NCBI RefSeq assembly: GCF_032444005.1
Contig: NC_091284.1
Coordinates: 772,086,001-772,150,000, forward strand
DNA length: 64,000 bases
Direction: 5' to 3'
Origin: Ranitomeya imitator
Taxonomy: Eukaryota
Position numbers and translations under genes: made by a program. The notes under the pieces were generated by a model. The model saw only the letters and a program-made list of their open reading frames with translations. It did not search any database and was not told where the DNA came from. Positions 35,186 to 47,550 of the stretch are shown in pieces (the first letter of the stretch is position 1; each line of letters begins with the position of its first letter).

Positions 35186-35372
35186 CTGTAGACTGTGAGC
35201 CCTCGCGGGCAGGGTCCTCTCTCCTTCTATACTTATGTGTGCCTTGTTTTTGCTCATGTTTATTGTACTTGTCTATGTATGCCCCTTTTCACATGTAAAG
35301 CACCATGGAAAAATTGTGCTATAAAAATGTCTAATAAAAATGTCTAATAATAAAAATGTCTTATAATAATAA
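35186..35372 (+). mobile_element. L2 LINE 3' end inserted in the piggyBac-like element
   Basis: ctgtagactgtgagccctcgcgggcagggtcctctc...gtaaagcacc...A-rich/(taa) tail; homologous to 9039-9320. Confidence 0.8.
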
Positions 35373-36094
35373 TTTTTTACATTTTTGCCAAATTTTCTTA
35401 TTTTTCATAAATAAATGCAAGTTATATCAAAGAAATGTTACCACTAATATGAAAAACAATCTCAGAATCCAAGGGATATGTTGAAGCGTTCTAGAGCTAT
35501 AACCTCATAAAGTGACAGTGGTCAGAATTGTAAAAATTGACTTGGTCATTAAGTACCAAATTGGCTCTGTCACTAAGGGGTTAAGAAAATAAAAATGAGG
35601 TTATGTCTTTCTCAGGGGAATATCTGTGTGCGGAATTGTTCGGCAATTAAATAAAACACTTAAATTTTCCATCTCAATTATTTTCATCAGTTAAAGTGAG
35701 ACTATTAGACTCAAAATATACAAAAATACAGTTCTGATATTTCCAGAAAAAATATCAGTGATGAATATAGTCGCCCTACTTATGAATTGGCCACAAGCGT
35801 GCACTGGATACTGTCCACAGCATAGTCAATCGGGGAGGTCACGCCTGGGTGAATGAAGGAAGTCAGGAAGTTGACGTGACATTGGGGGATGTCAGCGGCG
35901 GCTGCAGCCGGGGTCACATGATGCAGACTGAGCGAGCAGCAATAGCGCCACTCACAGGAAATATATTGTAATGTAAGGTATTTACCAAAATACTTATTTA
36001 AAAGGATTAAATCAGTGGGCGAATTATACATTGTAGTGGACCACCTCTTTAAATCTCTTTTTCGGCTCATTTTACCAAGTTGGATAAGAATTCT

Positions 36095-36453
36095 TGCGGT
36101 GGATACCGCGTTCTCCACAGACCAGACACACAGGCTCTAGATCTCTAAAGGCAAACCGCCGGATCCGGCTATACTCCTAAGACACTGGCTGTGTTCACCT
36201 ATTCCTATGATCTTAATGAGAACCCACAATCTTTTGGGTCCACCTGCTCCCATTCACAATTTACCACTGTGACTGATGAAAGTCCTGCTGTAGGACCGAA
36301 ACGTTTCTTCTGTTACTAAGCGTGGATACCATTAAACCACTTATCTGATCAAGTTAAGTTTGAGTGACGAGTTTTTTTTTCTACAATTTATGGTGTTGGA
36401 ACCTACTCTGGCACCTCTGAACGGCTGTGCACGCGCTCACTCTTATAAATAAA
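36095..36453 (+). mobile_element. 359-bp insertion with 14-bp TSD, probably a Penelope-like pLTR fragment
   Basis: TGGATAAGAATTCT at 36081-36094 and 36454-36467; contains a hammerhead-like core at 36273. Confidence 0.65.
36271..36310 (+). ncRNA. Degenerate hammerhead-ribozyme-like motif
   Basis: CTGATGA-aa-gtcct/aggac stem II-c-GAAA-cgtttc; stem I only ga/tc. Confidence 0.4.
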
Positions 36454-38262
36454 TGGATAAGAATTCTACACCTTGATAAAGGGTGTTTTTTCCTTAGGCC
36501 TCACCCCACTTATACAACAAATACACATCTCCTGATATGCTTAATCTAATAAGCAGGTTTATACAGCCTGGATTGTCAGTCTAATGTGTATGGGTTCCTT
36601 AACTATCTGTATCTGTCTGAGAAAATTGTCTCTAAAAGGCTACCTTGGATAGACGTAGTGCAAGCCGCTCTTAACTTACTAGGTCCCAGAGGTACCCCGG
36701 CTTCTGCCCTTTAAACCCTATGCAGTGACTTAGACTTTCATCCATGGAGTAACAGTCAACTGGGGGAGCGAGATTGAAGCAAGAGAGGACAAACTAGCTG
36801 GGTCAATAACTAGAGAGACAAAAATGGGACAAAATGAGGAGACATTGCAATGTCAGAGGAATGGTCTGTGTCAGGTATCGGGAGGTCAGTGCTAGTGGAG
36901 TCACGCAAGCCAAGGTCAAAGTTGGGGGAAGCACAGAGTCAAATGAATTCGTGATCACAAGTTTGGTCAAGAACAGAATACAACAACAAGAATAACATAG
37001 CAAAAGTATGTTGATAAACCAATAACAATAACTGGCAACTTCCAGCATACTACTGTGGGTTTTTATTAGGACAAGGTGTTACCCTGTTGGCCATAGCACG
37101 AAATACAAATTACATCCAAAATTAGGCTGCTTAGCAGAAACAGTACTTGAGTGGCAGGCAACATTATGCCCAGCAATTGGGAGAGCACAGCATTCAGGCA
37201 AACAGCGCAATCATGCCACTGGTCCAAATTGTCTATCAATCAGGAGCCCACCGCCCCCCTGACAAGCAGGAAGCCAGGAGGCAGGAGAGTAGTGTTCAGC
37301 AAAATGAGATGATCCATTTAACTATCTCTTCACAGAAACTTGTTTTCATCTCAAACTAGAAATGCTATGAGCAAGTCTAATGGTTTGGGAAAGTGCATTC
37401 CACATAACAGATGCAGCACAGGAGGATTCCTGCAGGCAGGACTCGACAATGCCATAGATTTTTCCATCATATGCTTTATAGAAATAACCTTTATTTCATG
37501 ATGACACATTCTCTTACGTTTTACTTGGGGTCATCATCTGCATTAAGTTGTCCTATCTAGGTATTCTGCTCCTGTGTTCTACAGTAATACATATTTAAGG
37601 GTTGTCTCAGGTGCTTAAATTGGTAACGTTTCAAAGTTCTTGTAAAAATAATTTTGGCATTTTACCTTATATTCTGACTCCTCTTTTTTTTTCAAGAATG
37701 GAGGGATCTTTAATTTTGTAGTGTACAGCTCGCTAGTTAACTGGCCTCCTATGCAGTCTCAGATTGGCCAGTTCCTTAGGCAAGGCGTGTGTGCCACTTG
37801 TGGACTCCATGCTCTACAGCTTGCTAGCATATCTCTGAAGCTAGAAGGATCACTGGTTTGGACTAGTAAAGTTGCCTCTGTCAGCAGCCAGGAAGTTGCT
37901 CAGTTTGGGCTGGCAGTACCACCTTGCCACTGGTCCGAACTTTTTCTAAAAATATACATGTGTATGTATGTACAGAGTGTGTTTACACATGTGTATGTAC
38001 AGTATGTGCAGTGTGTGTATGTATGTGCAGTGTGTATATATATTATATAATTATTATATTACTAGATTGTGGCCCGATTCTAACGCATCGGGTATTCTAG
38101 AATATGCATATCCCCGTAGTATATGGACAATGATGATTCCAGAATTCGCGGCAGACTGTGCCCGTCGCTGATTGGTCGAGGCAACCTTTATGACATCGTC
38201 GCCATGGCAACCATTATGACATCATCGTCGCTGTGCCCGTTGCTGATTGGTCGAGGCCGCCA

Positions 38263-38510
38263 GGCCTCAGACGGGCCAAAGATCTCCGTCGAGGTATCCT
38301 GGACGGGGCGCCTCCCGTGCAACGAACGGAGCTTGCCAACCAGATTTCCCACGCTGGTGAATACCTGGTCTCCGCCTCCCTGGATGCCGCGTCTTGTGCG
38401 GCTCAGGCTTCCAGCAATGCTGTTGCCATCCGCTGGACCGTTTGGCTCAAGGCCTGGCAGGCGGACTTATCTTCCAAAAAGTCCCTTACCTGTCTGCCCT
38501 TCCAGGGTGC
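38263..38510 (+). pseudogene. Captured DIRS ORF1 (gag-like) fragment from a different DIRS family
   Basis: EYLVSASLDAASCAAQASSNAVAIRWTVWLKAWQADLSSKKSLTCLPFQG aligns by eye with ARRAIWLKNWSRDVHSKNKLCSIPFSG of the DIRS at about 10040-10125. Confidence 0.8.
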
Positions 38511-38539
38511 CGGGGGGCCCCGGCACGGTCCGGCCGTGG

Positions 38540-41500
38540 ATAGAAGTGTCAGGAGGACTGTCAGGAGGACTGATCAATATAGAGGTATCAGGAGGACTGA
38601 TCAATATAGAAGTGTCAGGAGGACTGATCAATATAGAAGTGTCAGGAAGACTGATCAATATAGAAGTGTCAGGAGGACTAATCAATATAGAAGTGTCAGG
38701 AGGACTGATCAATATAGAAGTGTCAGGAAAACTGTCAGGAGGACTGATCAATATAGAGGTATCAGGAGGACTGATCAATATAGAAGTGTCAGGAGGACTG
38801 ATCAATATAGTGTTGGCGCTATATAAATAAAAATTATTATTATTATTATATAGAAGTGTCAGGAGGACTGATCAATATAGAAGTGTCAGGAGGACTGATC
38901 AATATAGAGGTATCAGGAGGACTGATTAATATAGAAGTGTCAGGAGGACTGATCAATATAGAAGTGTCAGGAGGACTGATCAATATAGAGGTATCAGGAG
39001 GACTGATCAATATAGAAGTGTCAGGAGGACTGATCAATATAGAATGTCAGGAGGACTGATCAATATAGAAGTGTCAGGAGGACTGATCAATATAGAAGTG
39101 TCAGGAGGACTGATCAATATAGAAGTGTCAGGAGGACTGATCAATATAGAAGTGTCAGGAGGACTGATCAATATAGAGGTATCAGGAGGACTGATCAATA
39201 TTGAAGTGTCAGGAGGACTGATCAATATTGAAGTGTCAGGAGGACTGATCAATATTGAAGTGTCAGGAGGACTGATCAATATTGAAGTGTCAGGAGGACT
39301 GTCAGGAGGACTGATCAATATAGAGGCATCAGGAGGACTGATCAATATAGAAGTGTCAGGAGGACTGATCAATATAGAAGTGTCAGGAGGACTGATCAAT
39401 ATTGAAGTGTCAGGAGGACTGATCAATATTGAAGTGTCAGGAGGACTGATCAATATTGAAGTGTCAGGAGGACTGTCAGGAGGACTGATCAATATAGAGG
39501 CATCAGGAGGACTGATCAATATAGAAGTGTCAGGAGGACTGATCAATATAGAAGTGTCAGGAGGACTGATCAATATAGAAGTGTCAGGAGGACTGATCAA
39601 TATAGAGGTATCAGGAGGACTGATCAATATAGAAGTGTCAGGAGGACTGATCAATATAGAAGTGTCAGGAGGACTGATCAATATAGAGGTATCAGGAGGA
39701 CTGATCAATATAGAAGTGTCAGGAGGACTGATCAATATAGAATGTCAGGAGGACTGATCAATATAGAGGTATCAGGAGGACTGATCAATATAGAAGTGTC
39801 AGGAGGACTGATCAATATAGAGGTATCAGGAGGACTGATCAATATAGAAGTGTCAGGAGGACTGATCAATATAGAAGTGTCAGGAGGACTGATCAATATA
39901 GAAGTGTCAGGAGGACTGATCAATATTGAAGTGTCAGGAGGACTGATCAATATAGAAGTGTCAGGAGGACAGATCAATATAGAAGTGTCAGGAGGACTGA
40001 TCAATATAGAAGTGTCAGGAGGACTGATCAATATTGAAGTGTCAGGAGGACTGATCAATATAGAAGTGTCAGGAGGACTGATCAATATAGAAGTGTCAGG
40101 AGGACTGATCAATATTGAAGTGTCAGGAGGACTGATCAATATAGAAGTGTCAGGAGGACTGATCAATATAGAAGTGTCAGGAGGACTGATCAATATAGAG
40201 GTATCAGGAGGACTGATCAATATAGAAGTGTCAGGAGGACTGATCAATATAGAATGTCAGGAGGACTGATCAATATAGAGGTATCAGGAGGACTGATCAA
40301 TATAGAAGTGTCAGGAGGACTGATCAATATAGAGGTATCAGGAGGACTGATCAATATAGAAGTGTCAGGAGGACTGATCAATATAGAAGTGTCAGGAGGA
40401 CTGATCAATATAGAAGTGTCAGGAGGACTGATCAATATAGAAGTGTCAGGAGGACTGATCAATATAGAAGTGTCAGGAGGACTGATCAATATAGAAGTGT
40501 CAGGAGGACTGATCAATATAGAGGTATCAGGAGGACTGATCAATACAGAAGTGTCAGGAGGACTGATCAATATAGAAGAGTCAGGAGGACTGATCAATAT
40601 AGAGGTATCAGGAGGACTGATCAATATAGAAGTGTCAGGAGGACTGATCAATATAGAGGTATCAGGAGGACTGATCAATATAGAAGTGTCAGGAGGACTG
40701 ATCAATATAGAAGTGTCAGGAGGACTGATCAATATAGAAGTGTCAGGAGGACTGATCAATATAGAAGTGTCAGGAGGACTGATCAATATAGAAGTGTCAG
40801 GAGGACTGATCAATATAGAAGTGTCAGGAGGACTGATCAATATAGAAGTGTCAGGAGGACTGTCAGGAGGACTGATCAATATAGAGGTATCAGGAGGACT
40901 GATCAATATAGAAGTGTCAGGAGGACTGATCAATATAGAAGTGTCAGGAGGACTGATCAATATAGAGGTATCAGGAGGACTGATCAATATAGAAGTGTCA
41001 GGAGGACTGTCAGGAGGACTGATCAATATAGAGGTATCAGGAGGACTGATCAATATAGAAGTGTCAGGAGGACTGATCAATATAGAAGTGTCAGGAGGAC
41101 TGATCAAGATAGAGGTATCAGGAGGACTGATCAATATAGAAGTGTCAGGAGGACTGATCAATATAGAAGTGTCAGGAGGACTGATCAATATAGAAGTGTC
41201 AGGAGGACTGATCAATATAGAAGTGTCAGGAGGACTGATCAATATAGAAGTGTCAGGAGGACTGATCAATATTGAAGTGTCAGGAGGACTGATCAATATA
41301 GAGGTATCAGGAGGACTGATCAATATAGAAGTGTCAGGAGGACTGATCAATATAGAGGCATCAGGAGGACTGATCAATATAGAAGTGTCAGGAGGACTGA
41401 TCAATATAGAAGTGTCAGGAGGACTGATCAATATAGAAGTGTCAGGAGGACTGATCAATATAGAGGTATCAGGAGGACTGATCAATATAGAAGTGTCAGG

Positions 41501-42287
41501 AGGACTGATCAATATAGAAGTGTCAGGAGGACTGATCAATATAGAGGTATCAGGAGGACTGATCAATATAGAAGTGTCAGGAGGACTGATCAATATAGAA
41601 TGTCAGGAGGACTGATCAATATAGAGGTATCAGGAGGACTGATCAATATAGAAGTGTCAGGAGGACTGATCAATATAGAGGTATCAGGAGGACTGATCAA
41701 TATAGAAGTGTCAGGAGGACTGATCAATATAGAAGTGTCAGGAGGACTGATCAATATAGAAGTGTCAGGAGGACTGATCAATATAGAGGTATCAGGAGGA
41801 CTGATCAATATAGAAGTGTCAGGAGGACTGATCAATATAGAAGTGTCAGGAGGACTGATCAATATAGAAGTGTCAGGAGGACTGTTCAATATAGAATGTC
41901 CGGAGGACTGATCAATATAGAGGTATCAGGAGGACTGATCAATATAGAAGTGTCAGGAGGACTGATCAATATAGAGGTATCAGGAGGACTGATCAATATA
42001 GAAGTGTCAGGAGGACTGATCAATATAGAATGTCCGGAGGACTGATCAATATAGAGGTATCAGGAGGACTGATCAATATAGAAGTGTCAGGAGGACTGAT
42101 CAATATAGAGGTATCAGGAGGACTGATCAATATAGAAGTGTCAGGAGGACTGATCAATATAGAGGTATCAGGAGGACTGATCAATATAGAAGTGTCAGGA
42201 GGACTGATCAATATAGAGGTATCAGGAGGACTGATCAATATAGAAGTGTCAGGAGGACAGATCAATATAGAAGTGTCAGGAGGACTG
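38540..42287. repeat. 27-bp minisatellite (atagaagtgtcaggaggactgatcaat), about 139 units
   Basis: Highly homogeneous array with gaggtatc, attgaag, gaggcatc, 26-nt and 12-nt variants. Confidence 0.98.
38811..38847 (+). mobile_element. 37-bp extreme 3' tail of an L2-type retroposon
   Basis: tgttggcgctatataaataaaa(att)n flanked by ATATAG TSD (38805-38810 / 38848-38853). Confidence 0.75.
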
Positions 42288-42805
42288 ATTCTAGAATATG
42301 CATGTCCCCGTAGTATATGGACAATGATGATTCCAGAATTCGCGGCAGACTGTGCCCGTCGCTGATTGGTCGAGGCAACCTTTATGACATCATCGTTGCC
42401 ATGGCAACCATTATGACATCATCGTCGCTGTGCCCGTTGCTGATTGGTCGAGGCCTGGCGGCCTCGACCAATCGGAGACGCAGGATGTCTACGTCCTTTA
42501 TGACATCATCGTCGCTTTGCCCGTTGCTGATTGGTCGAGGCCTGGCGGCCTCGACCAATCAGAGACGCTGGATTTCTACGTCGATGCTGTGCCGCTCTCT
42601 GATTGGTCGAGGCCTGGCGGCCTCGACCAATCAGAGAGCCGGGATTTCCAGGACAGACAGACAGACAGACAGACAGACGGAAAAAACCCTTAGGCAATTA
42701 TATATATAGATTATAATATTATATATTTAATAAATGTTTTGTTCAAGAATAAATGTGAATTGTTGTTGATAAAAAAAAGACATTCCCTAAAAATAAGCCC
42801 TAGCC

Positions 42806-42991
42806 CAGTGTTCCCCAAGTCCGGTCCTCAAGAGCCACCAACAGGTCATGTTTTCAGGATTTCCTTAGTATTGCACAGGTGATGGAATTATTGCCTGTGC
42901 AGGTGATGCAATTATCACCTGTGCAATACTAAGGAAATCCTGAAAACATGACCTGTTGGTGGCTCTTGAGCACCAGACTTGGGGAACACTG
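42806..42991. mobile_element. Palindromic hAT-type MITE
   Basis: TIR cagtgttccccaagtc / gacttggggaacactg; 8-bp TSD ccctagcc / ccctaacc; almost fully self-complementary. Confidence 0.9.
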
Positions 42992-45900
42992 CCCTAACCC
43001 ATCTTTCAGAGCAGAAAATAACATTAGACCCTGTTTTATTTTTGGGGAAACACGGTCTCATTTGGATGTACACTTTATCAGCATGATTAAACATTTTCCC
43101 ATCCACCTCTTAAAAATGACGAGAGTAGCATGAGGCATAATGTAATTTTCAACTTTTTAATGCCGAAAATTGCCTTAAAAGGTGTGAAAATTTATTTTTT
43201 ATAACTTTATGGTAAGAGGAATAAAAAGGTAGAAGGCAGACATGGTAGCATTTTTAGACCTTGACATCATGTTATTACTATAATACCGTACTTTAAAAGT
43301 GAATTATTTTGCATGTAGAAGCTGAACTGAAATTCCAAGAAGACAAACAGTACAATGTTGTCGAATGGGGTTTTAAAGTGTACGCTAAATGAAGGTGGGA
43401 GTCCTGGCTGGGTGTGTGGGCTACAGCTATGGGGGCAGCCGCATGTTACTGATGTTTTTGGTTTGCCTGGACTAGAGGTTGAGAACTTCAATGAGGGAGA
43501 CCACCAGTCAAAAATAAACTTTTTACTTAACCATAGCTCATTGGAAATTTTGTATAATAGGTAGCGGGTCCACAACTTTATGAACTTTTCTTTCCCGATA
43601 CAGAGAATTTTTCAAACATAGTCTCAATTCCTTCCTCATTACTCGTTTGTTCTCTTTCTCCGTTGTTTCATTTTCCTTCACAACATCCCAGTTCAGTATT
43701 ACAGTCCAGTTAGCAAGAGTCCTATTCTCAACTCACGGTTCCATGTCTTCTTTTCTCTCAAAGGAATTAGGTTGCCAATATGGCTAGTACTTAGTTTCTC
43801 TGCTATTGATGCTCTGGAACTCCCACATGTGGCACTCTCTGCGTCTCACATATTCTGTCCCATCTTGGCCCATTACCTCTCTGAGTTATAAACTCGGGGC
43901 TGTACTGCTAGGTGTTCTCTACCAGGACCCGTATCCAATTAACCACTCTGTCCTTCCATCGGTTCTCCTTTCTTCTATTCTCCGGATCACTCTAACCACT
44001 GTATTGGTCTTCAATCACTTCGGCACACCCATGTCATGCGGAACTGCTTACTGTCTAGACCTTAGGTCTACTTCAGACTCGCACTGGGCTTTATCCATTG
44101 TCCTGACAGGAAGCTGTCTCTATCCCTTCACCTTATCCTCCTCCCACCCTGGGCTAGTCCCAATCATTAACTCTAACTCTCCCTACTGTCAGATAGAACA
44201 CAATACCAACACTATTAACGCATGTCACAGTTCACATTACACAATACAACAACAAGCTTGTTCTTCAAGGAGGAACGTCAGCAGTATGTCCATCTTTTTA
44301 CAGAAGTAAGCTGCAGCTACCTACTATTTCCGGGCAGTGAATATAATAGAGCAAGCCCCCTATCAGGATAAGTAGCCGACTGTACTACACAGACAGTCTA
44401 CAACACTGGCAGACACCGACAGAAGAGGCCTCCTGTGCAAGAACAATATATGTGCCCTTTGCAATCCAATAATTCATCATAATGCACAAGTACACCTAGT
44501 TTGGAGGTAGAAATGGCCCCATTACCTTTTGGGCCACTGCATAGGCTGCATCAATGATATGTTCACCCCCGGTCCACAGGTCTGCCAGAGAAAGAACCAC
44601 TCTGTATTAGTGGCTGTCCTGTCTGGCTTAAAGGGGTGTCCCATTTGGGGCATTTGTGGCACATCAATAGGATATACCATAGATGTCTGAAAGATGCTAG
44701 GACATCTGTCTCCAGTATGGAGCCTTGTTATATGCTACCAAGAATGGAAAGATAGCTGGGTATGCGCGACTCTAACCATTAATTTCTATGGGAGCTCTGA
44801 AAATTGCTGATGTGCTATAAATCTCCTAGAAGACACAGCCCCTGTTAAAGAAGAGATTCTGCAAGTAGGGAAACCCAATGGACTGGACAGGGACACATAT
44901 TTTGGCCCTTTAAATATTATTTTTGATTGGATAAAATCAAGAGACTCAGAAAGAAGATTATTCAGTTTTGCACTTTGTCTAACATCCGTGGAGACGCAGC
45001 CTCTATGATAGACGTTAGTTGACACCATGTCACAGCTTTAAGGAATATGTTTTGAGTATGAAAGCTCCAAACAAAAACATATAAAGTTTACATGCAAATG
45101 TAAGGAAGACAGCAAACAGACAGGATCGGTGTTTATATGCAAAAGACTGACATATGCGCTGCATTCGCCTTATTCCTGCTCTGGAGCAAATGAATTCTGC
45201 ATGACTCCAGAAGACAAAATAAATCTGTTACTTCATCGTGTAATGTAATTAAGGGCTGTATCTACAACAAACATCAGATCACATATCAGCTTCATCTAGC
45301 TACAAGATAAACATATTAACTTCCATGGTTTTATAGAAAGTTGCACTTACAATTACATCCTCTCCATATTTAAGATCTCAGTCTTCTGAACCCTCTTCAT
45401 AACATCCAGTGGAACACTTGTCCACTCCATAGAGCCAGCCGATGTCATAGCTATATGGGCCCCGTAGAGAGGTACAGATTGGTGTTACCTCTCATTTTAA
45501 TGGCCAGTGAGAACCTCTATAGGGATCCGCTCACCATACAATGTGAGGAGTCAACTCAAGGATCACACTATGGGAATGACGGCAAACAAGCACCAAGTCC
45601 TCCTGCTTCATGTAGATCAGGTTGTGGTAATGTTCGCCAAAAGATAGTCCCATGTTAATTTTTCACTTTATACAGTGCACAAATTGCCCCCAGAGTGATT
45701 AACTCAAGATTAACAAGACAGTAGCCCCAGTAGGTTTCCACTCCATTACTATGCTGCAGGCTGTGGCTCCAGTCTTCCTCTTTGCTCTATTACAAGGCAT
45801 CAGTTAAGTCGGTAAGCGTGACCATCATACGGGAGATTACCAGGAAAAGGGAATGAGGGCAAACATCCACCAAATCCTACTGCCTCATGGAGTTCAGGAT

Positions 45901-46272
45901 AAGTTAAGGCCGGCCAGAAGAAAAAATGGAAGTTGATCCTGCTCTAATGAACAAGCAAGCAATCTACTTTTTTACATAGATAAGATACAGAAGATATATT
46001 GTAAAACTTCATGTTAGGATAGAGCGATCATCGCACTAACATCAACATCTGAGGATTGCTTCATGTTCGTTGGAGCCAGATCAACTTCCATTTTTGTCTA
46101 CATTTACGTGCCATGGCAGAGCCGTCATCCGAGCACTGGACAGCACAGGAATAGCAACGGTGAGCTAGAAGAAAGCCCAATTTTAATATTTTAGTTTAAA
46201 TGATGCTCAGAGTGCCCCCAGAGCGGTGAACTGAACATTTGCAAGCCAGGAACCCATCAGTCTTCACTGTTA

Positions 46273-46914
46273 AGGTACCTTCACACTGAGCAACTTTAGA
46301 ACGATAATGATAGCGATCCGTGACGTTGCAGCGTCCTGGATAGCGATATCGTTGTGTTTGACACGCAGCAGCGATCAGGATCCTGCTGTGACATCGCTGG
46401 TCGGAGCTAGAAGGCCAGAACTTTATTGCGATGTGTTCACTGGTAACCAGGGTAAACATCGGGTTACTAAGCGCAGGGCCGCGCTTAGTAACCCGATATT
46501 TACCCTGGTCACCATTGTAACCCCGGCGTCAGCTTCCCTGCACTGTGTCAGCGCCGGCTGGCCGTAAAGCAGAGCACAGCGGTGACATCACCGCTCTGCT
46601 TTACGGCCGGCGCTTACACAGTGCGGGGAAGCTGATGCCGGGGGACGCGACAGACACAGGAATGTAAGTATGTAGTGTTTGTTTGTTTTTTACATTTACA
46701 GTGGTAACCAGGGTAAACATCGGGTTACTAATCGCGGCCCTGCGCTTAGTAACCCGATGTTTACCCTGGTTACCCGGGGACTTCGGCATCGTTGGTCGCT
46801 GGAGAGCTGTCTGTGTGACAGCTCTCCAGCGACCACACAACGACTAAATAGCGACGCTGCAGTGATCGGATCATTGTCTATATTGCTGCAGCGTCGCTTA
46901 ATGTGACGGTACCT
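46273..46914. mobile_element. Harbinger-type MITE (aggtacc TIR family)
   Basis: aggtaccttcaca / tgtgacggtacct; TTA on both sides; internal inverted ggtaaccagggtaaacatcgggttacta repeats. Confidence 0.85.
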
Positions 46915-47550
46915 TTAGTCCCATGTTAATTTTTCACTTTATACAGTGCACAGATTGCCCCCAGAGTGATTAACTCAAGATTAACAAGACAGTAGCCCCA
47001 GTAGGTTTCCACTCCATTACTATGCTGCAGGCTGTGGCTCCAGTCTTCCTCTCTGCTCTGCTCGGTTGTGTCAGATAGACTAGTGACCATAGCCATCGTA
47101 GAGATTATTGATGCACTGGAACCTGGAAAGGGAATGAGTGCACACAAACACCAATCCCTACTACTTTATATAGTTTTGATTATGGTGATGTTAGCCACAG
47201 TAAAGCTCTGTTTTATTAAAATTCATAGAGAGCCCCCGGGGGGATGAACTGAAAATTCGCCAGCCAGTAACTTATCAGTGTTCCCTGTTCTACTTCAGGC
47301 TGTTACTCCAGTCTTCCTCTCTGCTCTGCGCAGTTGTATCAGATAGGCTGGTGACCATAGAAATGATTGACGCACTGTAACATGGGAAGGAAATGAGGGA
47401 AAACAAGCAGAAAGCACTCCTGCCTCGTGTAGTTTAGGTGATAGTGATGTTAGCCACAATAAAGCCCCATTTTAATCTTTCACTTTGTAAAATACACATT
47501 GTGTCTCAACAATGATTCATAGAAAATTGACAAATAAGTAGCCCCAGTTA

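Larger units (their letters stand above)
33521..35580. mobile_element. Non-autonomous piggyBac-like (TTAA) element
   Basis: TTAA at 33517-33520 and 35581-35584; TIR ccccttaatgac / gtcactaagggg (11/12). Confidence 0.8.
38062..42710 (-). mobile_element. Chimeric non-autonomous Helitron with about 4 kb cargo
   Basis: 5' TCTATATATATAA at 42710; 3' hairpin cccgat/atcggg (38073-38092) and CTAG (38065-38062); AT target; same termini as 5616-6704; internal segment 38094-38258 duplicated at 42288-42455. Confidence 0.8.

Noticed and set aside
38540-42287. CRISPR-like or protein-repeat (IEVSGGLIN)n interpretation of the 27-bp array
   Set aside because: Units are contiguous with no unique spacers, there are no cas genes and the context is eukaryotic. 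Recurrent 26-nt frameshifting units argue against coding selection.
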